This document shows, piece by piece, positions 9,409 through 19,169 of a stretch of DNA of 52,243 nucleotides. The notes below the pieces were generated by a model, which was not told where the DNA came from, made no database searches, and worked only from the letters and a program-made list of their open reading frames with translations. The DNA is taken from assembly GCA_007124745.1 (NCBI GenBank), contig SLEO01000007.1, forward strand, positions 1 to 52,243, read 5' to 3'. This DNA comes from Myxococcales bacterium (GTDB lineage: Bacteria; Myxococcota_A; Polyangia; Polyangiales; SLQV01). How positions within the stretch are numbered: position 1 is the stretch's first letter; each line of letters begins with the position of its first letter. The translations under genes were made by a program, and so were the position numbers.

Positions 9409-10548
9409 CTATGGAGCAGAGCGCGCTGCGGTAAGCCCTCGTACCCGGTCGCCTTTTTGGAGTTCGATGATGCTTTCCATCACAAAAGCAGTCAGTTTAT
9501 CGGGTCCGTTGTCCACAACGATGGCCGTACCCACCCGTTCCATGGGGTAAATTCCCGGAGGTGGCGCACTGGGTGGTTCAACGGAGTGGGGACTCACCAA
9601 ATGCGACACGCCGAGTTCGTCGTGCCACGGGTCCCCCGAGCGGACGATCTCAAGGAGGGTGCCGACGGGCAAATGAGCACGTGCCGCAGGCCTAATCACT
9701 ACCAGCTCACCTGCGGCTATCACCTCACGGTCACGGACATCACCGAGGATTAAGCCTTCATCTGCACGTGCAGCGCGCGTCCCTTCAAGGTGGACGAAGC
9801 GTTCCTCAATCGCGGCGACGGCAAAGCCGCGCTCCAGCGGGCCACTGCTCTCGATGACAAGCCCGCGCGCGAGCTTTTTCCCCTCGAAGGATTCGAGCAC
9901 GCGCACGCGCCCGAAAATCCGCACAAGGTCGCCACGATCCTTTAGGGCATTCGGCTTGCCAAGCTCATATCGCCTAAAAATAGCGAGCTCACTACCGTTA
10001 GGCGGAGGGCTGCCCTCGAAGTGGATGTAGACGAGGTCTCCGTCCACAAGCATCGTTCGCTCATTGGGCGCACCCACAAGCCGCCCCTCGGTGGCTTGGC
10101 CATCAGAACGCACGAAACCCAACACTGAAACGTAACCAGCACCCAGCGCGCCCTTGCGTTGACTGACCTTCCCCGGCGGCGGTCGCAGGGAACCCGGGCG
10201 AGCGGCAGTCGAGTTTTCGCCGCCGGTGCCTTCAACGCGCAGACGCATCCCTGGGTAAATCCAGTGCGGATTTGTGACCTCTGGGTTTTTCGACCACAGC
10301 TTCGGCCAGGCCCCTTTGTCGCCGAGTTCCTGCTCCGCCACCTTGCCGAGGGTATCACCCTCTTTGACCATGTATTCGCGAGACGGCGCGGCGCCCGAGG
10401 GCGTCGCCGAGACCTGGGCTAGGGCTAGACCCGGCCACAGTGCCCATACCCCCAACAGCGTCCACGCCAGGTCGGGCCTGGCATGCCCCCATGCACATCT
10501 GGCTGAGAACCTGAGCCCGCTTGCGTCCTCGCCCAGAATCCCGCGCAT
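9409..10548 (-). CDS. tsaP: LysM peptidoglycan-binding protein, TsaP-like (type IV pilus secretin-associated)
   Basis: Signal peptide ending LALAQ; LysM YMVKEGDTL...WPKLWSKNPEVTNPHWIYPG; C-terminus ERVGTAIVVD...ESIIELQKGDRV resembles the TsaP family; near pilQ. Start reassigned to ATG 10548. Confidence 0.7.
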   Translation of the reverse strand: MRGILGEDASGLRFSARCAWGHARPDLAWTLLGVWALWPGLALAQVSATPSGAAPSREYMVKEGDTLGKVAEQELGDKGAWPKLWSKNPEVTNPHWIYPGMRLRVEGTGGENSTAARPGSLRPPPGKVSQRKGALGAGYVSVLGFVRSDGQATEGRLVGAPNERTMLVDGDLVYIHFEGSPPPNGSELAIFRRYELGKPNALKDRGDLVRIFGRVRVLESFEGKKLARGLVIESSGPLERGFAVAAIEERFVHLEGTRAARADEGLILGDVRDREVIAAGELVVIRPAARAHLPVGTLLEIVRSGDPWHDELGVSHLVSPHSVEPPSAPPPGIYPMERVGTAIVVDNGPDKLTAFVMESIIELQKGDRVRGLTAARSAP

Positions 10549-10722
10549 TCCCAACTTTGCTCCGGTTTCCGGCCGCGGGCGCGCTCGCCTCAGACCCTCA
10601 ACCAAACCCGCAGCTCGCTCAACTGCACACCCATGGGCATGTTCACTATTCCAGCTCACCTCTGCAGGATAGCGGCAGCACGTCTCAGGTGTCGAGAAAG
10701 CCTTACGCGCCGCGTACCGGCA

Positions 10723-10750
10723 ACCTAGTGGGTGAGACCTAGTGGGTGAG
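10723..10750. repeat. Exact 14-bp tandem duplication ACCTAGTGGGTGAG x2 spanning the accA stop codon
   Basis: Read directly from the sequence. Confidence 0.9.
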
Positions 10751-12091
10751 GCCGTTTGCGAGTGTGGTACCCGCGTGACCGTTGGATTGAGCCCCTTGCA
10801 CGGCTTCTCGGGCGCTGTGCTGTCGCGTCGATGACGCGTTGGCGGCCGCGGTGACCTGTGGCGCGCCTGGGGCAACCGCCCCAGCATCACTAGCTTTAGC
10901 CTCGGAGTTCACTTCCGCGGGAGCAGCAGAAGGGGCGCGGGAGCTGGAGCTGCGACGGGCGGGGGACGCGTCCTGAGAGGGGCTACCGGGTGGCGGCACG
11001 TCCGACTTGGACCGAGCGCCGTTGACGCGCGGCTCTGCTACTGGCTCTGCTACTGGCCCGGCTCGTGGCTCTGTTCGTGGTTGGCCATGTGCGCCCTCGC
11101 CTCGTACAAATCCGATATTGCGAAACTTGTTGTAGCGTTGCTCAAGCCGCTCGGCTTCACTCATGCGCATCGAGACTCGTAGCGCTTCGCGAACGCCGCG
11201 GGCGAGGGACTGGGCCGCACCAGGAGCGTCTCGATGGGCGCCGCCCTCAGGCTCTTCAAGAATCTTGTCCACGATGCCAAGACGGAGCGCATCGTCAGCG
11301 AGCAGCTTGAGCGCCTCCGCCGCTTGCGGCGCCTGAGCACCGTCGCGCCAAAGAATTGACGCACAGCCTTCCGGCGTAATCACGCTGTACGTGGCGTAGC
11401 GCAGCATCATGACGGTGTCTGCCACGCCAAGCGCGAGCGCCCCTCCCGAGCCGCCCTCCCCGATCACAATCGCTACCGTTGGCACCTTGAGTTCGGCCAT
11501 CGTTAAGATGGATGCGCCGATTGCTTCGCTCTGGCCACGCTCTTCCGCGCCGATGCCAGGGTAGGCTCCCGGGGTGTCGATGAGCGTAATCACCGGCCGC
11601 CCGAAGCGCTCCGCGAGGCGCATCACCCGCATGGCCTTACGGTAGCCTTCAGGATGGCTCATCCCGAAGTTCCGCTTGAGCTTCTCTTTCGTACTCCGGC
11701 CCTTTTGATGGCCGATAACCGCCACGCCTACGCCGTCGAAGGTGGCGAGTCCCGCAACGATGGAGGGGTCATCCGAAAAGAGTCGGTCCCCGTGCAGTTC
11801 GACGAAATCGTCGAAGCAACGCTCGATGTAGTCGAGGACGTAGGGCCGTTCCGGATGGCGGCTAAGCTGGACTTTCTGCCACGTGGACAGCGATCGGTAC
11901 AGGGACGCGCGCAGCTCACGCGCCTCGCGCTCAAGCGCCGCAATAGACTGCTGGGTGTCGCCCGAAGAGGAAGATGCCGTCCGCAGCTTGGCAATATGTT
12001 CCTCTAGTTCTACCAGCGGCTTTTCAAAATCAAGCACTGCCACAGGTGGAGAGTCTACCAGACCTGGACCAAAAGCCAAGGAACCGGACAC
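10739..12091 (-). CDS. accA: Acetyl-CoA carboxylase carboxyltransferase alpha subunit with ~120-aa C-terminal extension
   Basis: LDFEKPL, SRHPERPY, ELHGDR, RNFGM, IDTPGAYPG, AEERGQSEAI, GEGGSGGALA, SVITPEGCASILWR, EPEGGAH. Confidence 0.96.
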   Translation of the reverse strand: MSGSLAFGPGLVDSPPVAVLDFEKPLVELEEHIAKLRTASSSSGDTQQSIAALEREARELRASLYRSLSTWQKVQLSRHPERPYVLDYIERCFDDFVELHGDRLFSDDPSIVAGLATFDGVGVAVIGHQKGRSTKEKLKRNFGMSHPEGYRKAMRVMRLAERFGRPVITLIDTPGAYPGIGAEERGQSEAIGASILTMAELKVPTVAIVIGEGGSGGALALGVADTVMMLRYATYSVITPEGCASILWRDGAQAPQAAEALKLLADDALRLGIVDKILEEPEGGAHRDAPGAAQSLARGVREALRVSMRMSEAERLEQRYNKFRNIGFVRGEGAHGQPRTEPRAGPVAEPVAEPRVNGARSKSDVPPPGSPSQDASPARRSSSSRAPSAAPAEVNSEAKASDAGAVAPGAPQVTAAANASSTRQHSAREAVQGAQSNGHAGTTLANGLTH

Positions 12092-12148
12092 GCCAGCGGT
12101 CCCGTAGACATGCGTCGCGCAGATGCGAGACGCCCCGCTCGCGCGCCG

Positions 12149-12913
12149 TCACTGTGCGCTACAGCGCAGCAACGTAGGCGAGTCCTGACCTGGATTGCAG
12201 GGAACGACCTGGTCATCCGTGGGCGACTCGACGCACCCAGCCAGACATTCTCCTGAAGCGCATACCTGGATGGCGTACTCGTAGGGCCCGGTGCGGATCG
12301 ACCGCCCGCCTCCGGTTCGAACATTCAGACGGATGCGCGCCACGACGGTTCCGTCGGGTAGAAACGGGCCGTAGCCATTCGGAATCACCGTAGCTGGCAC
12401 AAAACCCCGCGAAGCGGTTGTGTCCGTGCCGCTCGGTATTCGCGAACCCTGAGCGTTCTCGGTGAAGGGGTTGCTAGCGCCACCGAAGTCGATGACTTCG
12501 CCCGTCTGATTTAGCAAAAGCACCTCGACCGTCTCGGTGATCACTTCGTTGGGGTCCGACCGCCTATTGCTTGCGAGGTTTCTCAACGCGTTGTCTACGC
12601 GCAAAGTGGCTTGGTAGCTGTCGACGTCGGGCTCTAGCGTCGAGGCCGCCCGAGCTCCCGCTAACGTCTCAACACGACTGCGAAACCTAGGATTGAAGAT
12701 GCCGCGATTAAGCGTGAGGCCCGACGGATCGTACAGGCAACCCCCATCGGTCACTTCCCCGGCCAGATTTCCGCTGATGAACACCGAAGAGTTATTTTCC
12801 GCACAGCCTCCAAGGAGGCCAACAGCGACACCGATTGCTCCTACCATGCCGAGACCCGTCGGCAGTGCGGATCTCGCCGATCGCCCCACACGCCCCACCC
12901 CCCCCACATGCAC
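12149..12913 (-). CDS. Hypothetical lipoprotein with Cys-containing C-terminus
   Basis: Lipobox LLGGC, beta-rich body, ends VCASGECLAGC...PCNPGQD. Start uncertain (GTG 12913 or ATG 12847). Confidence 0.7.
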   Translation of the reverse strand: MHVGGVGRVGRSARSALPTGLGMVGAIGVAVGLLGGCAENNSSVFISGNLAGEVTDGGCLYDPSGLTLNRGIFNPRFRSRVETLAGARAASTLEPDVDSYQATLRVDNALRNLASNRRSDPNEVITETVEVLLLNQTGEVIDFGGASNPFTENAQGSRIPSGTDTTASRGFVPATVIPNGYGPFLPDGTVVARIRLNVRTGGGRSIRTGPYEYAIQVCASGECLAGCVESPTDDQVVPCNPGQDSPTLLRCSAQ

Positions 12914-13108
12914 GGCTCGCCCAAGCGGCACGAAAGATCCGCACTTGGCTAGGCACGACGTCTGAATGACGGCCGCGACCGGCCCCAGGCTCCCATATCG
13001 TCCGTGGTTATCGCTTGCGACCGCGGGGCGTTCTCGCTCGTGAGGGCTCTTCATGATTGAAGGAAGGGTATCAAGATGCAGGCGCGCCCGAAAGTTTCCT
13101 CGCACTTT

Positions 13109-14713
13109 TCAGGCATGCGTCGAAGCACTCGCCGCGAGAAGCAAGCGATCTAGGTCCGCAAATGAGAGCGAGCGGTAGCGGACTTCCCCGGGCGCCGCGA
13201 GAAGCACAAGATTCACTTGGTCGCCGTTGCGCTTCTTGTCGGCCAAAAGAAAGCTCAGGACCTGCGGATCGATGCGCCGCTCAAAGTCGACCGGCAGGTG
13301 AGCGCGCAGCAGAACCTGGCGCATACGCGGCAAAATAGGCGTCTTTGGCTTGAGCAATGTGTCACTCAGGTAGGCTGCAGCACATAGCCCTAGCGCCACG
13401 GCCTCACCATGTGTGAGGCCCCCGAAACCCGCGGCGGCCTCGAAGGCATGGCCCACCGTATGGCCGAGATTGAGGCACTGGCGGCGCCCTTGCTCGCGTT
13501 CGTCTTCGCGGACCACGTCTATCTTAAGGCGCACGCTCTCTCGGATGGCGCGCTCAAGGGCCGACGGTGAGCGCGCCAACAGGTCATCGATATCCGCCTC
13601 AAGGCGGCGCAGGGGCTCCTCACCCGCCAACCAGGCGGCCTTCACGACCTCAGCGAGTGCGGATCGAATCTGTCTGTCGGGCAGTGTATCGAGAAACTCG
13701 GTATCGCAGAGAACTGCAGCGGGCTGGTGGAAAGTACCGATGAGATTTTTGCCCTCCGGGCGGTTGATGCCGGTTTTGCCGCCAACGCTGCTGTCCACCA
13801 TCGAGAGCAACGTCGTGGGTAGGTGAATGACCCGGAGGCCCCGCAATACCGTGGAAGCGACAAAACCTGCGAGGTCGCCGGTGGTGCCACCGCCACAGCT
13901 CACGATGAGCGCTCGTCGATCTACGCCGGCCCCGAGCATGTGCGACCATAGCTTTTCGGTCACTTCGAGGGTCTTTGCGGCTTCGCCCGATGGCACGGGC
14001 AAGAGTGTCACCGGAACCCCCGTCTCAGCGAGCGCGGCTTCAAGTCGCCGGCTTCCGTAGTGCACCGCCACCGCTTCGTCGATGATCGCAAATATCTGCG
14101 AGACATTGCCGTAGTCAGCGATGAGCGAACGCAACTTCTGCAGGGCGCCTTTCGCGATGTGGATGCGGTAGGTTGCACGCCCCAAGGGCACCACAAGGGG
14201 AACGCGCCGGACGAGGGACGCCACATCGGCAGCGACCTCCGACGCACTGCCCGCCGCGGAAACCGCGGCATGACATTCAGCGTAGGCGCCGCCGCGCGCT
14301 TCCAACAGCGCGCGCAAATGACGCGCGGGATCGGTACCGAGAAGCGGACGATCACCGCTGGTACCGATGCGCGAGAGCAAGGCTTCGATGGGCGCGGTCA
14401 GCGAAATGAGTAAGCACTCGTCGAGGAGACGCCAGCGCAGAGGCGTTCGCGTGATCGCGCCTCCACCGAGCGCCACGATGGTCGAGGTGCGGCTATCGCG
14501 GTACTCATCCAGAAGGTTCGCGAGGGTTGAGGCCTCAAGTTCGCGGAAGAAAGGCTCGCCCCGCGTCTGAAAGATGGCCTCGACCGAACTTGCGTTGTCG
14601 GCAGCAATCTTGGCGTCGAGGTCGACGAAATCATAGCCGAGCGTCTCTGCGACGAGACGCCCAACCGTGCTCTTGCCAACGCCCGGCGGCCCACTGAGGC
14701 AAATCAAAGCCAT
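13109..14713 (-). CDS. aroB: Bifunctional shikimate kinase / 3-dehydroquinate synthase (AroK-AroB fusion)
   Basis: N-half: GPPGVGKS, DLD, RGEPFFRELE, ALGGG, RPLL. C-half: GGGTTGDLAGF, PTTLLSMVDSSVGGKTGIN, KNLIGTFHQP, LNLGHTVGHAFE, HGEAV, DKK. Confidence 0.95.
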   Translation of the reverse strand: MALICLSGPPGVGKSTVGRLVAETLGYDFVDLDAKIAADNASSVEAIFQTRGEPFFRELEASTLANLLDEYRDSRTSTIVALGGGAITRTPLRWRLLDECLLISLTAPIEALLSRIGTSGDRPLLGTDPARHLRALLEARGGAYAECHAAVSAAGSASEVAADVASLVRRVPLVVPLGRATYRIHIAKGALQKLRSLIADYGNVSQIFAIIDEAVAVHYGSRRLEAALAETGVPVTLLPVPSGEAAKTLEVTEKLWSHMLGAGVDRRALIVSCGGGTTGDLAGFVASTVLRGLRVIHLPTTLLSMVDSSVGGKTGINRPEGKNLIGTFHQPAAVLCDTEFLDTLPDRQIRSALAEVVKAAWLAGEEPLRRLEADIDDLLARSPSALERAIRESVRLKIDVVREDEREQGRRQCLNLGHTVGHAFEAAAGFGGLTHGEAVALGLCAAAYLSDTLLKPKTPILPRMRQVLLRAHLPVDFERRIDPQVLSFLLADKKRNGDQVNLVLLAAPGEVRYRSLSFADLDRLLLAASASTHA

Positions 14714-14764
14714 AAGCCGCGCAGGCTAGCGCACTTGCCCGCCGCATTCACCGTAAGGCGACCA

Positions 14765-17008
14765 CTACATACGTAGGGCAGCGTCACGGTTGACGATGCG
14801 GGGCGTCAGGAAGATGAGCAGTTCGCCGCGCTCTTCGCGCATGCGTCGACGCTGAAAGAGCACGCCGAGGATCGGCAGATCGCCGAAGAAGGGCACCTGG
14901 TCGATGTTTCGACCCGTATTGCGGGTATAAATGCCACCGATGACGGCTGTGTGGCCATCCGCCACGAGCAGATTGGTCTGCGCTTCGCGCTTAAGGATGG
15001 TGGGGTCACCGCGGTTCGAGGTGCGGGTGAAGTCCGGTTCATCTCGCGTGACCTGGACAGCCATCGCAATCGAGCCGTCGCTCGTCACGTGCGGACGCAC
15101 CTTAAGTTCCAGCTTCGCCTCCTGGAAGGCGGTCTGAACGCCCTGGGCGCTGACCTGTGAGAAGGGAATCAGCGTACCCTGACCGATAGACGCCTCTTGG
15201 TTGTCGAGGGTCAAAATCTTCGGTGAGGAGACGATGCGGACGATCCCATTGGCTTCGGCGGCGCTCAAACGCACGTTGAGGTTAAAGGTGCCGCCGAGGC
15301 TGCCTAGGGTCAGGCCAAGCGCACCGCCCTGCCCGGTGCCCGTGAGCGCCGGCAGGTTGACGGCGAAGTTCGGCTGCGTCGTCGGACCAAAGGGGTTGAG
15401 TCCCGAAGACTGACCCAGCGTGTTGATGTCGAAGTTACCGCCGGCCGCGCCGACGTTGGCGGGAAAGGCAAGACCGGTGGGATTGCCGGTGGCCGTGCTC
15501 ATGACGAAGTCGCCACCCCACTGGATGCCGATGTCTCGCGTGTATTGGCTCGTCGCCTCGACAATGCGCGCCTCGATGAGCACCTGAGGCGTTTGGGTGT
15601 CCAGCGTCCGTACAAGCGTTTCGACATCATCGAGATTCTCATTGATGTCGCGCACGACAAGCATGTTCGTGCGTTCATCGACGGACACCGTGCCGCGCCC
15701 GGAGAGCAGTTCTTTGACCCGCGGTTCAAGGTCCAGAGCCGTCGCGTAGCTCACGGGAATGAGCCGCGTTTCGAGCGGCGCGAGCTGCTCCTTTTGCCGC
15801 TGGCGGGCAATGGCGGCCTCCCGTTCCTTTTCCAGGACTTCCAGAGGCGCCACGCGAATCAGGTTGCGCTGGCGCGTCATGCCGAGTCCCTTGGACTGCA
15901 GGATGACATCGAGCGCTTGATCCCAGGGCACCGAACGCATGCGGATGGTCACCGTGCCTTTAACGTCGTCACTCGTGATGACGTTCACGTTCCCGATTTC
16001 CGAGAGGAGCCGCAGAATATTGTGGATGTCCGCATCCTTGAAGTCGAGGTCGACGGTCCGGCCGGAATAGCTCGGCGCTTTCTTCTTGATGCTTCGTGCG
16101 TCGCCCTCCGCCGCAGCTTCCGCGCCACTTTCGATGAAGCCATCCTGAACGACCCCGTCGTAGCCGCTGACCACGTCAAGAAGCTCGGTCTCACGCTCGC
16201 GCGCGATGGCGACGGGCTTTTGCATCACCTTGCCCTCGGCCTGAGGCGCAAAGAGCCAGACGAGGCGGCGTCCCTGCGCGATCAAGGTCTGGCGTGCGTC
16301 GGCTTTTAATGACACGTCGACAAAAAGCGCATCGCCGCGCTCCAGCAGCTCGATGCGCTCGACGAGATTCAGGTCCGAGTCGAGAAAGTCGCGCGCAAGC
16401 GACTCGAGAGCACGGGCGTGGGAAAGCTGCAGCCGATACGTTCGCCGGCTCACCTGCGTGACGTCGTAGGGCAAAAGGTCATCAAACGAGAGTTCGATGC
16501 GGTCCCGCGCTTCGACATGCTGGGTGTGCACCGCGACCAAGAGCGCTTTGGCACTCGTCTGGGAGAAGGTCTTGAAATCCAGCTTGAGCTCGCCGCCATC
16601 AAGCGTCGCCTGATGCGTCGCGGGAGAGGCCACCTCTATCTGAAAGATCAGACCCTCGGCGCGACGGCGCGGTCGTAGTCGTTCGATGAGTCCGCTACCT
16701 ACCTCCGCTTCGAGAGGCGTTTCTCCCAACTGAGCATCGACTTCCAGCGTAAAGCTTTTGCGGTTGGGCGAAGCATGAACGCGGTAAACCGCATCCTGGG
16801 GCACGCCGTCGAGCCTCAAGGTGGCGCCTTGCGCGGTGTTGGCCACCTTGAGCTTCAAGCGGGGCTTCGGTCCGGCACCTTCGGCGTCCGCAGAAGCAGC
16901 GCGACTTTCCGGGGCAGGCGGCAGGGCACCCGCGCCCCCGACGCCCCAGAACAGCGCCACAGCTCCCGCGCAAAGCGCGCTCGACGCAACCTTAAATACC
17001 ACTTTCAT
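14765..17008 (-). CDS. pilQ: Type IV pilus secretin
   Basis: AMIN-like N-region, YSGRTVDLDFKDADI, VPWDQALDVIL, VDERTN, QVLIEARIVE, secretin signature VPFFGDLPILGVLF...ELLIFLTPRI. Start ATG 17008. Confidence 0.96.
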   Translation of the reverse strand: MKVVFKVASSALCAGAVALFWGVGGAGALPPAPESRAASADAEGAGPKPRLKLKVANTAQGATLRLDGVPQDAVYRVHASPNRKSFTLEVDAQLGETPLEAEVGSGLIERLRPRRRAEGLIFQIEVASPATHQATLDGGELKLDFKTFSQTSAKALLVAVHTQHVEARDRIELSFDDLLPYDVTQVSRRTYRLQLSHARALESLARDFLDSDLNLVERIELLERGDALFVDVSLKADARQTLIAQGRRLVWLFAPQAEGKVMQKPVAIARERETELLDVVSGYDGVVQDGFIESGAEAAAEGDARSIKKKAPSYSGRTVDLDFKDADIHNILRLLSEIGNVNVITSDDVKGTVTIRMRSVPWDQALDVILQSKGLGMTRQRNLIRVAPLEVLEKEREAAIARQRQKEQLAPLETRLIPVSYATALDLEPRVKELLSGRGTVSVDERTNMLVVRDINENLDDVETLVRTLDTQTPQVLIEARIVEATSQYTRDIGIQWGGDFVMSTATGNPTGLAFPANVGAAGGNFDINTLGQSSGLNPFGPTTQPNFAVNLPALTGTGQGGALGLTLGSLGGTFNLNVRLSAAEANGIVRIVSSPKILTLDNQEASIGQGTLIPFSQVSAQGVQTAFQEAKLELKVRPHVTSDGSIAMAVQVTRDEPDFTRTSNRGDPTILKREAQTNLLVADGHTAVIGGIYTRNTGRNIDQVPFFGDLPILGVLFQRRRMREERGELLIFLTPRIVNRDAALRM

Positions 17009-17777
17009 TCTCGACCTCGTAAAGCGCAAGTGTGCGGGACTTCGGAACTTTATTGGGGGATGTCGGGTCTTCCCGCGTGATGACCATCGCATGGGCTCGG
17101 ATGCTCTCGACTCTCCAGTTGAGCAGCACCGACACATCCTCAGCGCCGCTCACCCGGACGATTTCAGGACGCCCGACGTAGTCTCCCTGCCGCACCGTAT
17201 GGCCTACCCCGATACGGTCCACGAGCATCGCACGCGGCGCAGGTATACCGCTGATAATTGCAATGATGCGCATCTCGTCGATGCTCGTCTCGGGCAGGAG
17301 TACCGCGCGCTGCGGGCCTTCGGGAAGCTGGCCGCGGAACACATCGACGTAGGCCCGAAACGGGTCACGTTGCCGCTCGGATTCGAGAAAACGTGATTCG
17401 GTCAATTCGAAATCCGCGGGATCAACGCCGGAACTAGCCGCCCCCGCGCCCTCACCGTTAGCCGTGTTCGCTGCGTTTGGGGTGCCGGCGGCTTTCGGAG
17501 CCGTGCCTGCACCTTTTGGAGAAGCCGCGCCGGGCGCCGCACCTGGCATACCTTGCACACTGGTGAACTCGTCGTCTCCGCTGCAGCCCGGCATACACAG
17601 ACCTAATGCGATGGGGCCTAATGCGATGGGGCCTAATGCGATGGGGCCTAGTGCGATGGGGCCTAGTGTGATGACGCCTGCGAGCACGCGCGCCCACACC
17701 GCTTGCGTACGATGCCGTCGAGGCTTCGCCCCATGTGGAACGCCTGAATGGTCTCCCTGAATAATGACCCAAGTCAT
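16992..17777 (-). CDS. pilP: Type IV pilus assembly lipoprotein PilP
   Basis: Lipobox-like MPGC, RDPF, IDEMRIIAIISG.PRAMLVD..GVGHTVRQGDYVG; between pilO and pilQ. Confidence 0.85.
   Translation of the reverse strand: MTWVIIQGDHSGVPHGAKPRRHRTQAVWARVLAGVITLGPIALGPIALGPIALGPIALGLCMPGCSGDDEFTSVQGMPGAAPGAASPKGAGTAPKAAGTPNAANTANGEGAGAASSGVDPADFELTESRFLESERQRDPFRAYVDVFRGQLPEGPQRAVLLPETSIDEMRIIAIISGIPAPRAMLVDRIGVGHTVRQGDYVGRPEIVRVSGAEDVSVLLNWRVESIRAHAMVITREDPTSPNKVPKSRTLALYEVENESGI
17602..17673. repeat. 15-bp tandem repeat (CCTARTGCGATGGGG, ~4.8 copies) encoding LGPIA in the PilP signal region
   Basis: Read directly from the sequence. Confidence 0.92.
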
Positions 17778-18481
17778 GCGCCACCTCGTAGGTCAGCGGC
17801 GTGGGCTTCCGCGGGGAGGCGTTCAACGACAGCGGCCGCTGGCTGCGAGTCAGGCTTGCGCGACGGCAATGCCGCGGAGGCCGGTGGCGGCGTCGCGGGA
17901 GGGCTAGGCTTGCGGAACGTCGTGGCAAGCACCTCTACTTCCAGCGTCGAGGAAGACTCCCCGCCTTCAGGTTTCGCGAGCTTGAGCCGTACGTTCTCGA
18001 GATTGATCGCGCGGTCGAGTTTGCTCACGTTGTAGAAGAACTTGAACACCTGGTGAAAGGTGCCGCGCAAGCCGAGATTGACGGGCACCTTGACGTAAAG
18101 CGCCTGCGGCTGCTCGGCGCGAGGTTGGACGAGGGAGATATCGAGCCCGCACAACTCGGCGACCCGGTTGAGGTCCTTGAGGAATGCAGCGATCTCTGCC
18201 TCCTCTGGCAGCGTGCGACGGTTACGCTGGTCAATAGCGCGGCGCGCGAGGAGCGCTTCGGACACACGAACGAACTCGGCCTTCCGCGCTTCGGCAGTGC
18301 GTTCCTTCTGCTTCAGATCCTCAAAGCGGCGGGAGGCGACCTCAAGGTCATCGTTGAGCGGCCGGTAGAGTGCCACGTAGTAGATGCCGGTTACCAGGCC
18401 GAGCAGCACGACGAGCACCAGCACCTTCGCAGGCGCGGGCAAGTAGTTGAAATTGGGCAGCTTATCGATACCAAAAGGCAT
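17774..18481 (-). CDS. pilO: Type IV pilus alignment protein PilO
   Basis: Single TM, coiled coil, LPEEAEIAAFL, YVKVPVNLGLRGTFHQVFKFF; operon order. Confidence 0.92.
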   Translation of the reverse strand: MPFGIDKLPNFNYLPAPAKVLVLVVLLGLVTGIYYVALYRPLNDDLEVASRRFEDLKQKERTAEARKAEFVRVSEALLARRAIDQRNRRTLPEEAEIAAFLKDLNRVAELCGLDISLVQPRAEQPQALYVKVPVNLGLRGTFHQVFKFFYNVSKLDRAINLENVRLKLAKPEGGESSSTLEVEVLATTFRKPSPPATPPPASAALPSRKPDSQPAAAVVERLPAEAHAADLRGGA

Positions 18482-18521
18482 AACGTTCGTGTCGTCTAGA
18501 GGCCGGTCTGTGGGTTGTGCA

Positions 18522-19169
18522 TCAGTAAGCGAGCCTGCTTTTGAGGGCGAAGGCGATCCAAGTCGTACCGGTGCCGCGGTCTTTGACGGCTTCGGTCTTT
18601 TCGAGGGTCACGCCGTCGAAAAGCTCGGATAGCGCCAAACGCCGCAGGAACTCGGCGACATCCTCGTTGGTCTTGCCGCGGCCCTCGATGGAGCAGCTGC
18701 GATTATCTTCAGCAAAGCGCTCCAACCAAAGCCGCTTGGGGTCCCAATCCCGATTGAAGCCCGCGAGAGGATTTTCGCGGCGTAGTTGCTCGAGCTTCTC
18801 GGCGTTGATCGTGGGCCCCCCGTCGTAGCTGAGGATCTTCGACAACTCGAGGACGGTGCGCGTGGGACCGGTTCGGGCACGGTTCAGCTCCTCTACCGTA
18901 GCCTCCAGTTCCTGACTCGATTTCAATCGTGCCTGCAGCGCATCGAGTTCCCGGGTCTCTTGAGTGAGCCGGGTGATCTTGCTGTCGAGCGAACGGTTCT
19001 GCTCTAACTTCTGAGCGAGTTGGTCGCCGAGGCCCAGGTAGTTGATGGCGAGCAAAACGATCCAAACCACCAGAGCGACCGCGTAGACGACGTACCAAAC
19101 TTGCGTGTTGGCGGTCGCGACCTGAGCCCCACGGGCTTTACCGCCGGGCAGTAGATTGATGCGAATCAT
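18522..19169 (-). CDS. pilN: Type IV pilus alignment protein PilN
   Basis: MIRINLLP signature, TM, coiled coil, IEGRGKTNEDVAEFLRRL. Confidence 0.94.
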   Translation of the reverse strand: MIRINLLPGGKARGAQVATANTQVWYVVYAVALVVWIVLLAINYLGLGDQLAQKLEQNRSLDSKITRLTQETRELDALQARLKSSQELEATVEELNRARTGPTRTVLELSKILSYDGGPTINAEKLEQLRRENPLAGFNRDWDPKRLWLERFAEDNRSCSIEGRGKTNEDVAEFLRRLALSELFDGVTLEKTEAVKDRGTGTTWIAFALKSRLAY

